From the NCBI RefSeq assembly GCF_963921235.1, contig NC_086124.1, forward strand, positions 28,148,001 through 28,212,000: a stretch of 64,000 bases of DNA, in the 5' to 3' direction. Position 1 is the first letter of the stretch. Every line of letters starts with the position of its first letter. This DNA comes from Mobula hypostoma. Its lineage: Eukaryota. The notes beneath the pieces were generated by a model. The model was not told the origin of the DNA and did not search any database. It saw only the letters and a list, made by a program, of their open reading frames with translations. Both the position numbers and the translations under genes were made by a program. Below are positions 10,712 through 22,100 of the stretch, one piece after another.

Positions 10712-11799
10712 GGGGGGGTGTTGTGTGGAAGGGGGCTACCAGGTAAGAGGGGATAGCAGGTGTTTAGATGGTAGACAGGTGGATAGTAGATGGGGGTATG
10801 CCAGACAAAGGGGAAGGTGTGAGTTTCCTCCATTTTCTATTCCTATCAGATTCCTTTTTCAGCCTTAACCTCCTCCACCAATCACCTTCCAGCTTCTTAT
10901 CTCAAAACCTCAACCCATCCCACCCACCTTCCCCCTCTCCTGGCCTCACCTATCACCTGCAAGCATGTTCACCTTCCCCACCTCCCACCTTCTTATTCTG
11001 GCTTCCCCCCACCCCCCAACCCCCACCTTCCTTTCCAGTCCTGGTGAAGGTTCTCGGTGTGAGATGTTGATTGTCCATTTCCCTCTCTGGACATTGCCTG
11101 ACCTGATGGGTTCCTCCGGCATTTTGTGTGTCTTACATTTATGTAGCATCTTTGAAGACATTCCGTGTCAATTAAATGTGTCATCAAACGCTCAGGAGGC
11201 CGATGGCACCTAATGACGACTTCTTTGCTTGCATCTTTGGAAACAGCTCTATTTCTTTTTTTTCCTTTTCAGGGTTCTTTTGAAGATCCTGACCTGGAGT
11301 GACACGCTGACTTCGGTTCTTTGTGGGAATGGGACCTGCTCTCGGGGTCTCACGACTGGCTGCTTTTCAATATGCCACGGACGCGGCCTGGAAGACTCGC
11401 GCACCTTTGGTGTGCCGGATTCCGGTGGCTCTGGAGGCAGGCGGACTCAAGGTCGGTGCCAGTGCCTGGTGTGTTGTGGGAGACCAAAGGGCACAGAGCA
11501 CGGAAAAAGCAACACAGTAGACTTTTAAAAACGCAAACACGAGAGAATCTGCAGATGTTGGAATTTCAAGCTGTGGTAAACCATATATATTGTAACTGGG
11601 TTACCTGTCTGGACACGCCCCTCTGCTGACTGCTCCTGTGGTTCATCCCAGAGACCCCTGAATAAAGGCGATTGTGTCACTGCTCCTCCTCTCAGGCCAG
11701 GGGCAGATACTCAGCATGGTGGAGGTCACACTTTACTGCTAATAAAAGCCTTTCAGTATTTACTCTACTTCCAGTCTTTTGGAGTTATTGATGGTGCAT

Positions 11800-13935
11800 C
11801 ACAAGCAACACACATAAGAGTTGCTGGTGAACGCAGCAGGCCAGACAGCATCTCTAGGAAGAGGTACGTTCGACGTTTTGGGCCGAGACCCTTCGTCAGG
11901 ACCAACTGAAAAAAAGCTAGTAAGAGATTTGAAAGTGGGAGGGCGAGGGGGAGATCCGAAATGATAGGAGAAGACAGGAGGGGGTGGGATGGAACGAAGA
12001 GCTGGACAGTTGATTCGTAAAAGGGATATGAGAGAATGATGGGACAGGAGGCCTAGGGAGAACGAAAGGTGAAGGTGGGAGGCCCAGAGGATGGGCAAGG
12101 GGTATAGTCAGAGGGAGAGAAAGGAGATGAAGAAAAATGTGTGTATATAAATAAATAACTGATGGGGTACGAGGGGGAGGTGGGGCATTAGCGGAAGTTT
12201 GAGAAGTCAATGTTCATGCCATCAGGTTGGAGGCTACCCAGACGGAATATAAGCTGTTGTTCCCCCAACCTGAGTGTGGCTTCATCTTTACAATAGAGGA
12301 GGCCGTGGATAGACATATCAGAATGGGAATGGGACGTGGAATTAAAATGTGTGGCCAGTGGGAGATCCTGCTTACAAGGGTAAGTGCCAGGAGGGAGATC
12401 GGTGGGGAGGGATGGGGGGAGGACCAGTCGACAAGGGAGTCGCGTAGGGAGCGATCCCTGCGGAAACCAGGTGGGGGGGCGGGAGATGTGCTTAGTGGTG
12501 GGATCCCGTTGGAGGTGGCGGAAGTTATGGGGAATTATATGTTGGACCCGGAGGCTAGTGGGGTGGTAGGTGAGGACAAGGTGAACGCTATTCCTAGTCG
12601 GGTAGCGGAAGGATGGAGAAAGAGCAGATATGCGTGAAATGGGGGAGATGCATTTGAGAGCAGAGTTGATGGTCGAGGAAGGGAAGCCCTTTAAAAAAAA
12701 AAGGAGGACATCTCCTTGGTCCTGGAATGAAAAGCCTCATCCTGAGAGCAGATGCGGCGGAGACGGAGGAATTGCGAGAAGGGGATGGAATTTTTGGAAG
12801 AGACAGGGTGAGAAGAGGAATAGTCCAGATAGCTGTGAGAGTCAGTAGGCTTATAGTGGACATCAGTAGATAAGCTCTCTCCAGAGATAAAGACAGAAAG
12901 ATATAGAAAGCGGAAGGAGGTGTAGGAAATGGACCAGGTAAACTTGAGGGCAGGATGAAAGTTGGAGGCAAAGTTAATGAAGTCAACGAGCTCAGCATGC
13001 GTGCAGGAAGCAGTGCCAATGCAGTCGTCGATGTAGCGAAGGACAAGTGGAGGACAGATACCAGAATAGGTTTGGGACATAGATTGTTCCACAAAGCCAA
13101 CAAAAAGGCAGGCATAGCTGAGACCCATACAGGTGCCCATAGCTACACTTTTAGTTTGGAGGAAGTGGGAGGAGCCAAAGGAGAAATTATTAAGAGTAAG
13201 GACTAATTCTGTGAAACGGAGCAGAGTGGTGGTAGAGGGGAACTGGTTAGGTCTGAAATCCAAAAAAAAAGCGGAGAGCTTTGAGACCTTCCTGATTGGG
13301 GATGAAAGTATATAGGGACTGGACATCCATGGTGAAAATAAAGTGGTGGGGGCCAGGGAACTTAAGATCATCGAAAGGTTTCAGAGCGTGAGAAGTGTCA
13401 CGAACATAGGTAGGAAGGGATTGAACAAGGGGGGATAAAACAGTGTCGAGGTATGCAGAAATGATTTCGGTGGGGAAGGAGCAAACTGAGACAATGGGTC
13501 TACCTGGACAGGCAGGTTTGTGGATCTCGGGTCGGAGGTAGAAACGGGAAGTGCGTGGTTTTGGGAACTGTAAGGTTGGTAGCAGTTGATGGGAGATCCC
13601 CTGAGCCGGTAAAGTCTCCCTCTGTCCCTCTCACTATACCCCTTGCCCATCCTCTGGGCATACCCCTTTCCGGTTTCTTTCTCCCTAGGCCTCCTATCCC
13701 ATGATCCTTTCATATCCCTTCTGCAAATCAACTTTAGCTATTGGCTCCATCCCTCCCCTTCCTGTCTTCTCCTGTCAAATTGGATCTCCCCCTCCCCCTC
13801 CCACTTTCAAATCTCTTACTAGCTTTTCTTTCATTTAGTCCTGACAAATGGTCTTGGCCCGAAAGGTCGACTGTACCTCTTCTTGGAGATGCTGCCTGGC
13901 CTGCTGCGTTCACCAGCAACTCTTATGTGTGTTGC
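11800..13935 (-). mobile_element. Penelope-like element, degenerate, with inverted terminal repeats
   Basis: RT remnant 12691-13371 (TKSVAMGTCMG, LRYIDDCIG, LRLRRICSQDEAF). About 11805-12110 is the reverse complement of about 13625-13935. Confidence 0.88.
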
Positions 13936-14579
13936 AGCTGACTTTTAAGTATGTTGTTTATTATACCTCTCCTCTCACTGTGAAACGGGGATACCTCTTT
14001 TCCCCTTATGAGAGAGAGAGAGAGCCCGCGGTATGTGGAATACAGGGTGAATGAGTAGTCTTTGGGGTACTGCAAGTCCGTGTCTTTATTGATGCTTTGC
14101 TGCACACTTGAGTTCTTCGTGGGGGTGGTAAATCTTTTTTACTGGTGGGGGAGAGGGGTGAAATTGCCTTGCTGCTGCTTATGCGTGGGAGGGGTGAGCT
14201 GGGGGGTGGGCTTTGGGGTTCTAACATTTAACCGTCATTCATTTTTTGGGGCATTCCTCTGTTTTCATGGATGTTTGCAAAGAAAGGGAGTTTCAGGGTG
14301 TATATTGTTTACATTCCTCTGACATTCAATGCACCTTTGAAATGTGACATTGAGATGCCAATGGCAAAAGTTGCAAAGGTCAACAGATGTTTGAAGGAAG
14401 AGGTAACTAAGCTACTTAGAGGAGCAGAGAGGTGCAGATATTAGAGGTGATAATTCTTAAGAGCGGCCGACAATGGACTGGGTGGCGTAAGAAACCAGGG
14501 ATGAGTTGACTACCTTCTCTGGAATCTCACTAGGCTGTGGCCTCAGCCTCCTTCTCTGTTTCTTGTACACTCACAACTG

Positions 14580-14960
14580 TGCGGCCACAGTCTGTGCTAA
14601 CTCCATCTACAGGTTTGAGGGAGACACCATTGTAGTGGGCCGAACCTGAAAAAGCAATGAGGGGGAGGAGAGGAAGATACAAGAGAGCCTAGCGGCATGG
14701 AGTCGTGACAACAGCCTCTCCCTGACTGTCAGCAGAACAAAAGGCTTTGTCAGTAACATCAGGAAAGAGGGTGGGGCACATGTTCTTGTTTCCATCTTTG
14801 GTACTGAGGCTCAGAGGGTTAAGAGCTTCATGTTCCTAGGTGTGGACATCACTAATGTTCCATCCTTGTCCAACCACCTAAATGCCAAGGCCAAGAGCAC
14901 TCACCAATGCCTCTATTTCCTCAGGAGGCTAAAGAAATCTAGCGTGTCCCTTTTGACCCT
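14580..14960 (+). mobile_element. Rex1/Babar-type RT C-terminal fragment
   Basis: Degenerate DTIVVGR...NSLSLTVSRTK and FMFLGVDIT-like motifs. Similar fragments at about 48270-48660 and 50730-51170. Confidence 0.6.
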
Positions 14961-14964
14961 CTCC

Positions 14965-15400
14965 AAGGGTCGTCACCTTATCATGGTGGGGAGGCTCGTG
15001 AGTTCCTGAGGTCCTGAGGGTAATGCCGCCTGGAGCTTAGGCCCTGATAGGGTCACCCACGGTGGTAAGGTTAACGGAGAAGTTCCAGACAAAGAGCGAT
15101 GCAACTAAGACCTCAGTTGTAGGGCTGGCAGAAGATAATGACACATCACAATGACAGTGAGGGCCGGGGACGGCTGTAGCAGTGACGGGTCTCCAGTCGC
15201 CTTGCACTCCAGCCACTAGACCCTGACCTGAATCTGTCAATGACCGTGCATCAGCATCTCCACGTCGAACAATGCCACACATAGCTGTGCTCCATTAAGG
15301 GAATAACCCCTTTGGAGAGTGTCATACCCGACTCGAGTAACCGTTCTACCCTCGTAATCAACGGCACCAGAGAATGCCATCATGGCTTGATGGGGCAACG
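14965..15400 (+). mobile_element. RTE/Expander (Rex3)-like 5' fragment
   Basis: Begins GGTCGTCACCTTATCATGGTGGGGAGG...AGGGTCACCCACGG...CCAGACAAAGAGCGA, resembling RTE-clade 5' ends (recognition from memory). Confidence 0.5.
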
Positions 15401-17392
15401 GTTCTGCACGTGACTGCAAGAAACTGTGGAGCTGTGGTGCACAACTCAGCACATCGCGGAAAGCGGCTTCTCCTCCATACACTGCTTGCAGCTTCAGCAA
15501 AACAGCCAGCATAACCAAGGACCCCAGCCACCCCAGACATTCTCTCTTCTCCCCTCTGCATTGGGCAAAAGCCTGAAAGCATGCACTACCGGGCTCACGG
15601 ACAGAGTTCATCCTGGTTATAAGGCCGGTGAATGGCCCTCTAGTCAGATGAGGTGGAATCTGGACCTCATAATCTCTCTGGTTGTTGCCTGTGCTGTGTT
15701 TTCTCTGTTACTGGAAGACCCTACTCTTCATTGTGTGATTGCTTTCCCCTTGTACCATCTCAGTGCGCTGATGTGATAAATGATTTGCTGGTGTGGCAGG
15801 CAAAACCAAATTTTCCCACTCCTTTCAAGATGTTTGAGGCCATCTTCAAAAGGCAATGCCTGAAAAGGGTGGCATCCGTCACTAAGGACCCCATCACCCA
15901 GGACGCACCCTCTTCTCATTGCTACCATCGGAGAGGAGGTACACGGACCTGAAGGCACACGCTCAACATTTTAGGAACAGCTTCTTCTCCCCCTCCACCA
16001 CATTTCCAAATGGTCCATTACCTCATGAGTACTATTTTGCTGTCTTTTCTCTCTACTTATTTATTTTAATGTATTGTCATTTATATATTGAAATCTATAG
16101 CATTTTGTAGGCATTGCAATGTTCTGCTGTTGCAAAACAATCGCTTTCACGACACATGTCAGTGATATTAAACCTGATTCTGTGCTTGGGGTCACATGAC
16201 AATTTCAGTGTGGGAGAAACATGGACAAGCCACACAACATATTGCACATGTTTCCAGTGAATGCTTGATATTCACTCAGGGGCCACTTTATTAGGTACTT
16301 TAATGCAAATATCTAATCAGCCCATCATTTGACAGCAGCTCAATGCATGTGTTTTTGTTCAGACCAAACATCAGAATGGGGGAAGAAATGTGATCTAAGT
16401 GACTTTGACTGTTGGTGCCAGATGGGGTGGTTTGAGTATCTACTGTGAGATCGAGAATCTGCGGAGACGAAGACGAAGGCCCCAAATCCTTGGCTTTGCA
16501 TATCGCCTGTTGCCGGGGCCGGGGTCGAAACGCTCGGCAGAGATGGTGCTTGGTGTCGAATAGGTGGTCGGAGGATCGGAGTTTTTCGGACGGATTCGGA
16601 GTCGGACTGTGGTCAGATTTTTCTGGGATGCTGCATCGGCAAGTTGGCAGCGCTGGAGGTTTACCGTCTGCGTGAGATGATGGGACTTTCGAGAGACTCT
16701 GTGACTTTTACTGTGCCATGGTCTGTTCTTATCAAATTATGGTATTGCTTTGCACTGTTGTAACTATATGTTATAATTATGTGGTTTTTGTCAGTTTTTA
16801 AGTCGGTTTGTCATGTGTTTTTGTGTTATCTTTCTGGAAAGACATTTTTATCATTTCTGAATGCATGCATTACTAAATGACAGTAAAAGGGACTGCGTGT
16901 CCTCATAATCATAATTTGTTAATGAGAGAGGTCAGAGGAGAATGGCAAGACTAGTTCATACTGACAGGAAGACAACAGTGAGTCAAATAACTACACATTA
17001 AAACAGCAGTGTGCAAAAGAGCATCTTGAATGCACAGCATGTGCACCTTGAAGTTTGTACGTTCTCCTTGTGACCATGTGGGTTTCCTCTGGGTGCTCTG
17101 GTTTTCTCCCACTGTCCCCAGACCTACTGGTTGGTAGGTTAATTGGTCTTTGTAAATTGTCCTGTGATTAGACTAGCATTAAAATGGGGTTTCTGGATGG
17201 CACAGCTCAAAGGAGAAGGGCCTAAAATATTTATAACTAAATAAACCTACACTTAACAATAATCAACCAATTTACCAATTTCAAAGTGGAAGAAAGACGG
17301 CAAGCCACACTATATATTACATAAATTTGCATATTTTAAATTCTGTGCATTCTTTGGGGAGATGAGGAACTTAACTCAGCTTTGGGGAAGTT

Positions 17393-18024
17393 TCACATGG
17401 GAGGTCTCGTGTTGGCTCTGTGCCCAAGACACAAAATTATATTCTGCAGCACACTGAAATGCACTGAACCTGACCTGGGGGATTTCTCAAGCTGTGTTCC
17501 TTTGTTCAACCAGGAAATGGTCTCATTGAAATATCCTTACAACCAACTACACTGGATTATCCACATAACAATAATATTTTGAGCGGAGAGCAGCAGTTAC
17601 TCAATAAGATCTGGTTTCTTTTCTATCATATGTCCCTTGTTCAAGGCTCAAAGTAGATGTATTATTAAAGTACATATATGTCACCATACAGAACTCTGAG
17701 ATTCATTCCCTGTGGGACTACGTACATAGTAAATCCAATGTGTCACCAATGTTCCGGATTCTTCTCTGAGAACCCATGAGTCCAAAATTTAAGTGTAGAA
17801 AAGTAGCATCACATACTTAACGTCCATTTTGGGAGATTAACCCCCAGCAATTTAGAAAACTGGAAAAATAGAAGCCCTATGAAGGGTCTTGGCCCAAAAT
17901 ATCAACTCTTATTCCTGTAGCCACTGAGTTCTTCTGGAATCTTGTGTGTGTTACTCAAAAGTGGAAAATACTGGATTTTCCTCCGGCCAGGCTAAAGGAT
18001 TCAGTGTGACTCTGGTCTGAGGTC
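17393..18024 (-). pseudogene. Degenerate Ig C1 exon (MHC alpha2-like) split by a 345-bp insertion
   Basis: Acceptor ...ttttacccag at 18025. Removing 17596-17949 (the 17605-17949 insert plus one copy of its flanking 9-bp direct repeat GTTACTCAA, present at 17596 and 17950) gives one frame of 93 codons. Trp at position 37 (same as exon 3), TTT in place of Cys at 23, a later Cys-x-x-His, and TGA at the terminal Trp position; two internal stops. Confidence 0.5.
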
Positions 18025-18559
18025 CTGGGTAAAACACTAAGCAGAGAAAAGATTATGAGATGACTCATGCGTGAATCCTCTGAATAACAGGAAGGGTGAA
18101 ATGCAACAGATTTAAATAAAGTAGGAGGAACATCTACTGAACTCCATTTTGAAGAATGTTTCTGCCCCAGTGTTTCATGTGTAGATGTAGATTGATCTAG
18201 GAGCAGGTTTAATGGTTTGCACAACATCTTGTGCCAAAGGGCCCATCTGTGCTGTAATGTTCTGTGAAGTCGTGAGGGACAGAGAGAATCTTTTTCTCCA
18301 GGTTGGGTGGAAGTGAGAGAGTGAGAAAGAAAGACTTATAAAGGATCTGAGGAGAAACTTGTCCAACACAAAGTCATGTAGTTATGGGGAATGAGCTGGC
18401 AGAGGAATGTTTGAAGCAGGTATAGTTATGACATTTAAAAGGTGTTTGGGCCATGAAAGATTATATGATCTAAAGATTAGCCTCACTTGTCACATGTACC
18501 TCGAAACACATATCGAATCATAAACCCAAGAGCTTCTTTGGATGCTGGAAATTCAAAGC

Positions 18560-19918
18560 ATGTCACAATGGAGGCACTGGTAGCGGATCAAAATGCAAGA
18601 CACAGACACTAAAGTACAAAGAACAGGACTTGACTAGAGTAGGGACATGACAAGATACAGACAAGGAGCAGGGACAAGAACGTAGACTAGGGTTTGGACC
18701 CCGAGAAGAGACCAGACAAGGACCCAGAAACATGGGTCTCGCCTCGGGCTCTGGCCCCAGAACCAGGCAGGGACATGACATGACTGCAGGACTGGAGGCT
18801 GGGGGCTTGACGCTTGAGCCTTGAGCTTGGAGACAGGCTTGGGTTCTTGAGCCTTGAGCTTGGAGACAGGCTTGAGGTCATGAGGCTTGAGCTTGGAGAC
18901 AGGCTTGGGTTATCGAGGCTTGAGCTTGGAGACAGGCTTCGGGTCTTTGGTCTTGAGGCCTTTAGGTTGGGGTCTTTGGTCTTGACATGCGGAGGCTTGG
19001 GTATGGACTCCGAGCCAGAGACTGAGCAAAGACCCAGAAACTAGGACTTGACTCAGGCTCGGACTCCAGAACTAAGCGAGGACAAGAGGAGGCTACAGGA
19101 CTGGACATGGCTTGGGTGAGGAACTCCTGGGTAGGGCAAGACACACGGACAGGTAAAGGCATATGGACAGGACTCCGATAGGACTGGACTGGGCAAGGAC
19201 CCAGAAACTGGAACTTGACTCGGGCTCGGACTCCAGAACTAGGCGAGGACAAGAGGAGGCTACAGGACTGGACATGGCTTGGGTGAGGAACTCCTGGGTA
19301 GGGCAAGACACAAGGTCAGGACTCAGATAGGACTGGACTGGGCAGAGACTGGACGAGGTCCTTCTGGAGCACGGAGCCTTGGACTAGAAGAGATAGGAGC
19401 ACGGAACACAGAGCTGGGACCCCTCCTTGGGAACAGGACGTGGGGCCGGGACTCATACACAGAGCACTGAACATGAAGAGACAGATCTTAACACAAGGTG
19501 GCAGCAAACAGCCGGACCTATCCAGTGAAGGCGTGGACTCAGAGAGACAATTCCACACAATAAAAGACAGTTCCTTATCTTGACTTAACAAGGCTCCGGT
19601 CTTGCTCCAGCAGTAAGACTTCAGTGATACAGGCGGGGTGTCCAAGCTAGGTGAGCAGGCAGAGAGTCAGGCGAGGTATCCAGGCAGAGAGTCAGGCGAG
19701 GCATCCAGGCAGAGAGTCAGGCAAGGGGGGAAAAGACAGAGAGGGGAACAGAACAGTCCAGCAGGGAATCCCTGCTTTGCAGAGGTATTTATGTCTCAGC
19801 CTCATAATGAGAAACATGTGCCGACAACAGAAACTGGGGAAAACCAGAAACCCCGGAACAAGGAACCATGGACCGGACCGTCAACCAGAACACGGAATTC
19901 ACGGACTGGACTATGACA
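18560..19918 (-). mobile_element. LTR-type element (TG...CA) with internal tandem repeats
   Basis: Termini TGTCA...TGACA; flanks AAGCA/GAGCA (5-bp TSD, one mismatch). Internal 30-bp (GAGCCTTGAGCTTGGAGACAGGCTTGGGTT) and about 185-bp repeats. A related fragment lies at 54900-55347. Confidence 0.7.
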
Positions 19919-20630
19919 GAGCAACGCTTTGTGTGAGCTATGATCACAGACTAAGTGTTGTGCTGCAGGCCTTGCCATGCTTTTGAAGCCTTCGTAGCAT
20001 TCCCACATGGATAGGAAAGATTTAGAGCAGTGGTTCCCTTCCTGGGGTTCTGAGATGCCTCTGTTAATGGTCGGGGTCCATGCATAAAACAATGTTGAGA
20101 ACCCCTGGTTCAGAGGGACATGGACCAAATGCAGGTTTCTGTCCTGCTGTTTGAAGACCATTGAATCGTTCCCTAGTTTGACAAGATGGGCTCTGGATCA
20201 CACCGTGTGCCTCTCCATGGCCTTACATCTTATTGTCTACCTACTTACACTCTGAAATTGTATCTCTTTGTTCTGTATTCTATTATTGTTTTATCCTCGT
20301 ACTACCTCAATGCACAGTTGTAACGAAATGATCTGCATAGATGACATGCACTGTACCTTCGTTAGGCTACTCACTCAGATTAATTCAGTTCAAGATCGAA
20401 AATTATTTATTGTCATTCTTCAGTACAGGAGTGTAAAGGCAAACAAAATGATTGTTACTCCCAGTCCAAAGCGACACAAAACAATACAATAAAAAGACCA
20501 GTAAATATAAAAGCAACTCTATAAAACAGAATGTACAAGTGAGAGTTTGAGTGCAGCCATATATACTCAAGATTAGCTTATACACAGGGACTGATTGTAT
20601 GTACACAAAGTGACAGTAGGTACAGGATTC

Positions 20631-21233
20631 TGTTATCCTCGGCTTCGTAAGTCCAGGGAAGACAATCTCCGGCCCCGCCAAACGTGTGAGACTAAGTCAC
20701 GAGCCCACTCCGAAACCCCCTGTTTGTGTGTAATTCGTTACCCTGTTACAAGTGAGTGCATGAAATTACAGACAGTACAACGCATTCAGTTAAAAGATTT
20801 AGCTTTACAATTCTTAACTTGATGAAAGGGTTAGTAAAGAAAGAACAAAAAAAAAGAAAAGGGCCCATTTTTGTGAAGCAGTCTAATGTGCACAAGTTGG
20901 ACTCTCGGTTTCCCCATCGGTGATCCTCCATCGATCACCCCGGGCTTTGTCGAATCACGGTCCTGCTCTGAGTCCAATCCTACAGCCTCTTCTCTCCCGC
21001 GTCCTCTCTCTTCATCTCTCTCTGACAAGAGCCCCAAGCCCAACCTTAGTATCCCTCACCAGAGAAACCTCCCTTAATCCGACCATCCTAATTGGATGGC
21101 ACACAATTCTCCCATCTCTTATCTTCAACAATAACCCAAACGTAAGCTGAAAACAAGCAGCTCATACAGAACAGCACAAAATGAAATACAAAACAGCATA
21201 ACAGTAAAAAAAAATATGAACCAGGGCATTACA
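20631..21233 (-). mobile_element. Solo LTR-like element
   Basis: Minus strand starts TGTAATG and ends GATAACA; no coding content; no TSD found. Confidence 0.5.
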
Positions 21234-21856
21234 TGTACATAAGATTACTGACAGGAACAAGGCCTGTTCCCGAGCTGGGTGACTCTGATGGACAGCATAG
21301 TGATGATGGACCACAGGGTCTGCTCCTATGCTGACTGACCTTATTGTGTCAGTGCACAGACGGTGGGGACACTGTCAGCCACACCCTATTCATCCTTGGT
21401 CATCCAGTACGGAGGGGCAGGGAGAAAGGCTGATGCCCCAGTTAATCTGCTCCTGGTAGCTGGGTAAGATAATTACCTGTGGGTTTTGGAGGTGGGTAGT
21501 GGAGGGTTCTGACCAAGCTGATTACCTGGCAATGTTTGAGGGAGAGGGGGATGCCCGTGCCTGGGCAGATCTGGAAAAATAACATGCACAGTGATGATGG
21601 GTAGTACAGAGGTACTTCGAGACCTTTGGGCACTCTGGGTGGCAGGGGGCTAAATGCTATCCTCGATGAGGATAGGAATGTGTTAGCTTAAACTGTATTA
21701 GTCATAATTTGCCTGTTTCTGTTTGTAATGCAGTGTATCAGAGCACTGCAGTGGTTTGAATTTATAATAAATGTAGTTTTGTAAATAAACTGGTGGGGGC
21801 GCTGTTGTCAGCAATTTGCCTTGCATTTGTAGAGTTGGCTCTGTTCCAAGTTCAAC

Positions 21857-22100
21857 ATAACTTCCATGATGTTAATGATGTAGACAGCTTGGCATTCAGG
21901 ATCAGAACTTCCTTGGTACGGGTGACTTCAAAGACAGGGTTTGAGGTGGTTCAGACCACTGATAAAGTCCTTCAACAGTGGAATACTGGCCAAAAATTTC
22001 CTGACAGGGAAATCAAAATAGGTGATGTCTTTGCCAATGTAACCAAATCGCAGGCCCGTTTCTGAGAACCACAGAGCTGTGTAGGAGTCGACTGTCTTCC
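21857..22100 (-). pseudogene. MHC alpha1-like exon with a +1 frameshift
   Basis: Acceptor ...gttcatcag, phase 1. (G)KTVDSYTALWFSETGLRFGYIGKDITYFDFPVRKFLASIPLLKDFISGLNHLKP, then +1 frame VFEVTRTKEVLILNAKLSTSLTSWK. GxDIxYxDF..RK..AxIP and KxxLxxxxxLS follow class II alpha1 spacing, and the core aligns to exon 2 (LxFxYxG, KFxA, P, K, LNH). The unshifted frame stops at 21928; the donor is weak. Confidence 0.7.

Noticed and set aside
8645-10868. Many long Pro-rich or Gly-rich ORFs (e.g. 8831-9607, 10075-10494)
   Set aside because: By-products of C/G-skewed low-complexity DNA that lacks stop codons.
17250-17320. SVACRLSSTLKLVNWLIIVK, loosely like a class II alpha TM (CxLxxTL), in frame after the pseudo Ig exon
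   Set aside because: Too degenerate, contains charged residues, and no plausible intron separates it.
21526-21570. 45-nt phase 1-1 candidate exon encoding DLPRHGHPPLPQTLP between the alpha1-like and Ig pseudo-exons
   Set aside because: No homology or expression support; MHC genes do not normally have an exon here.
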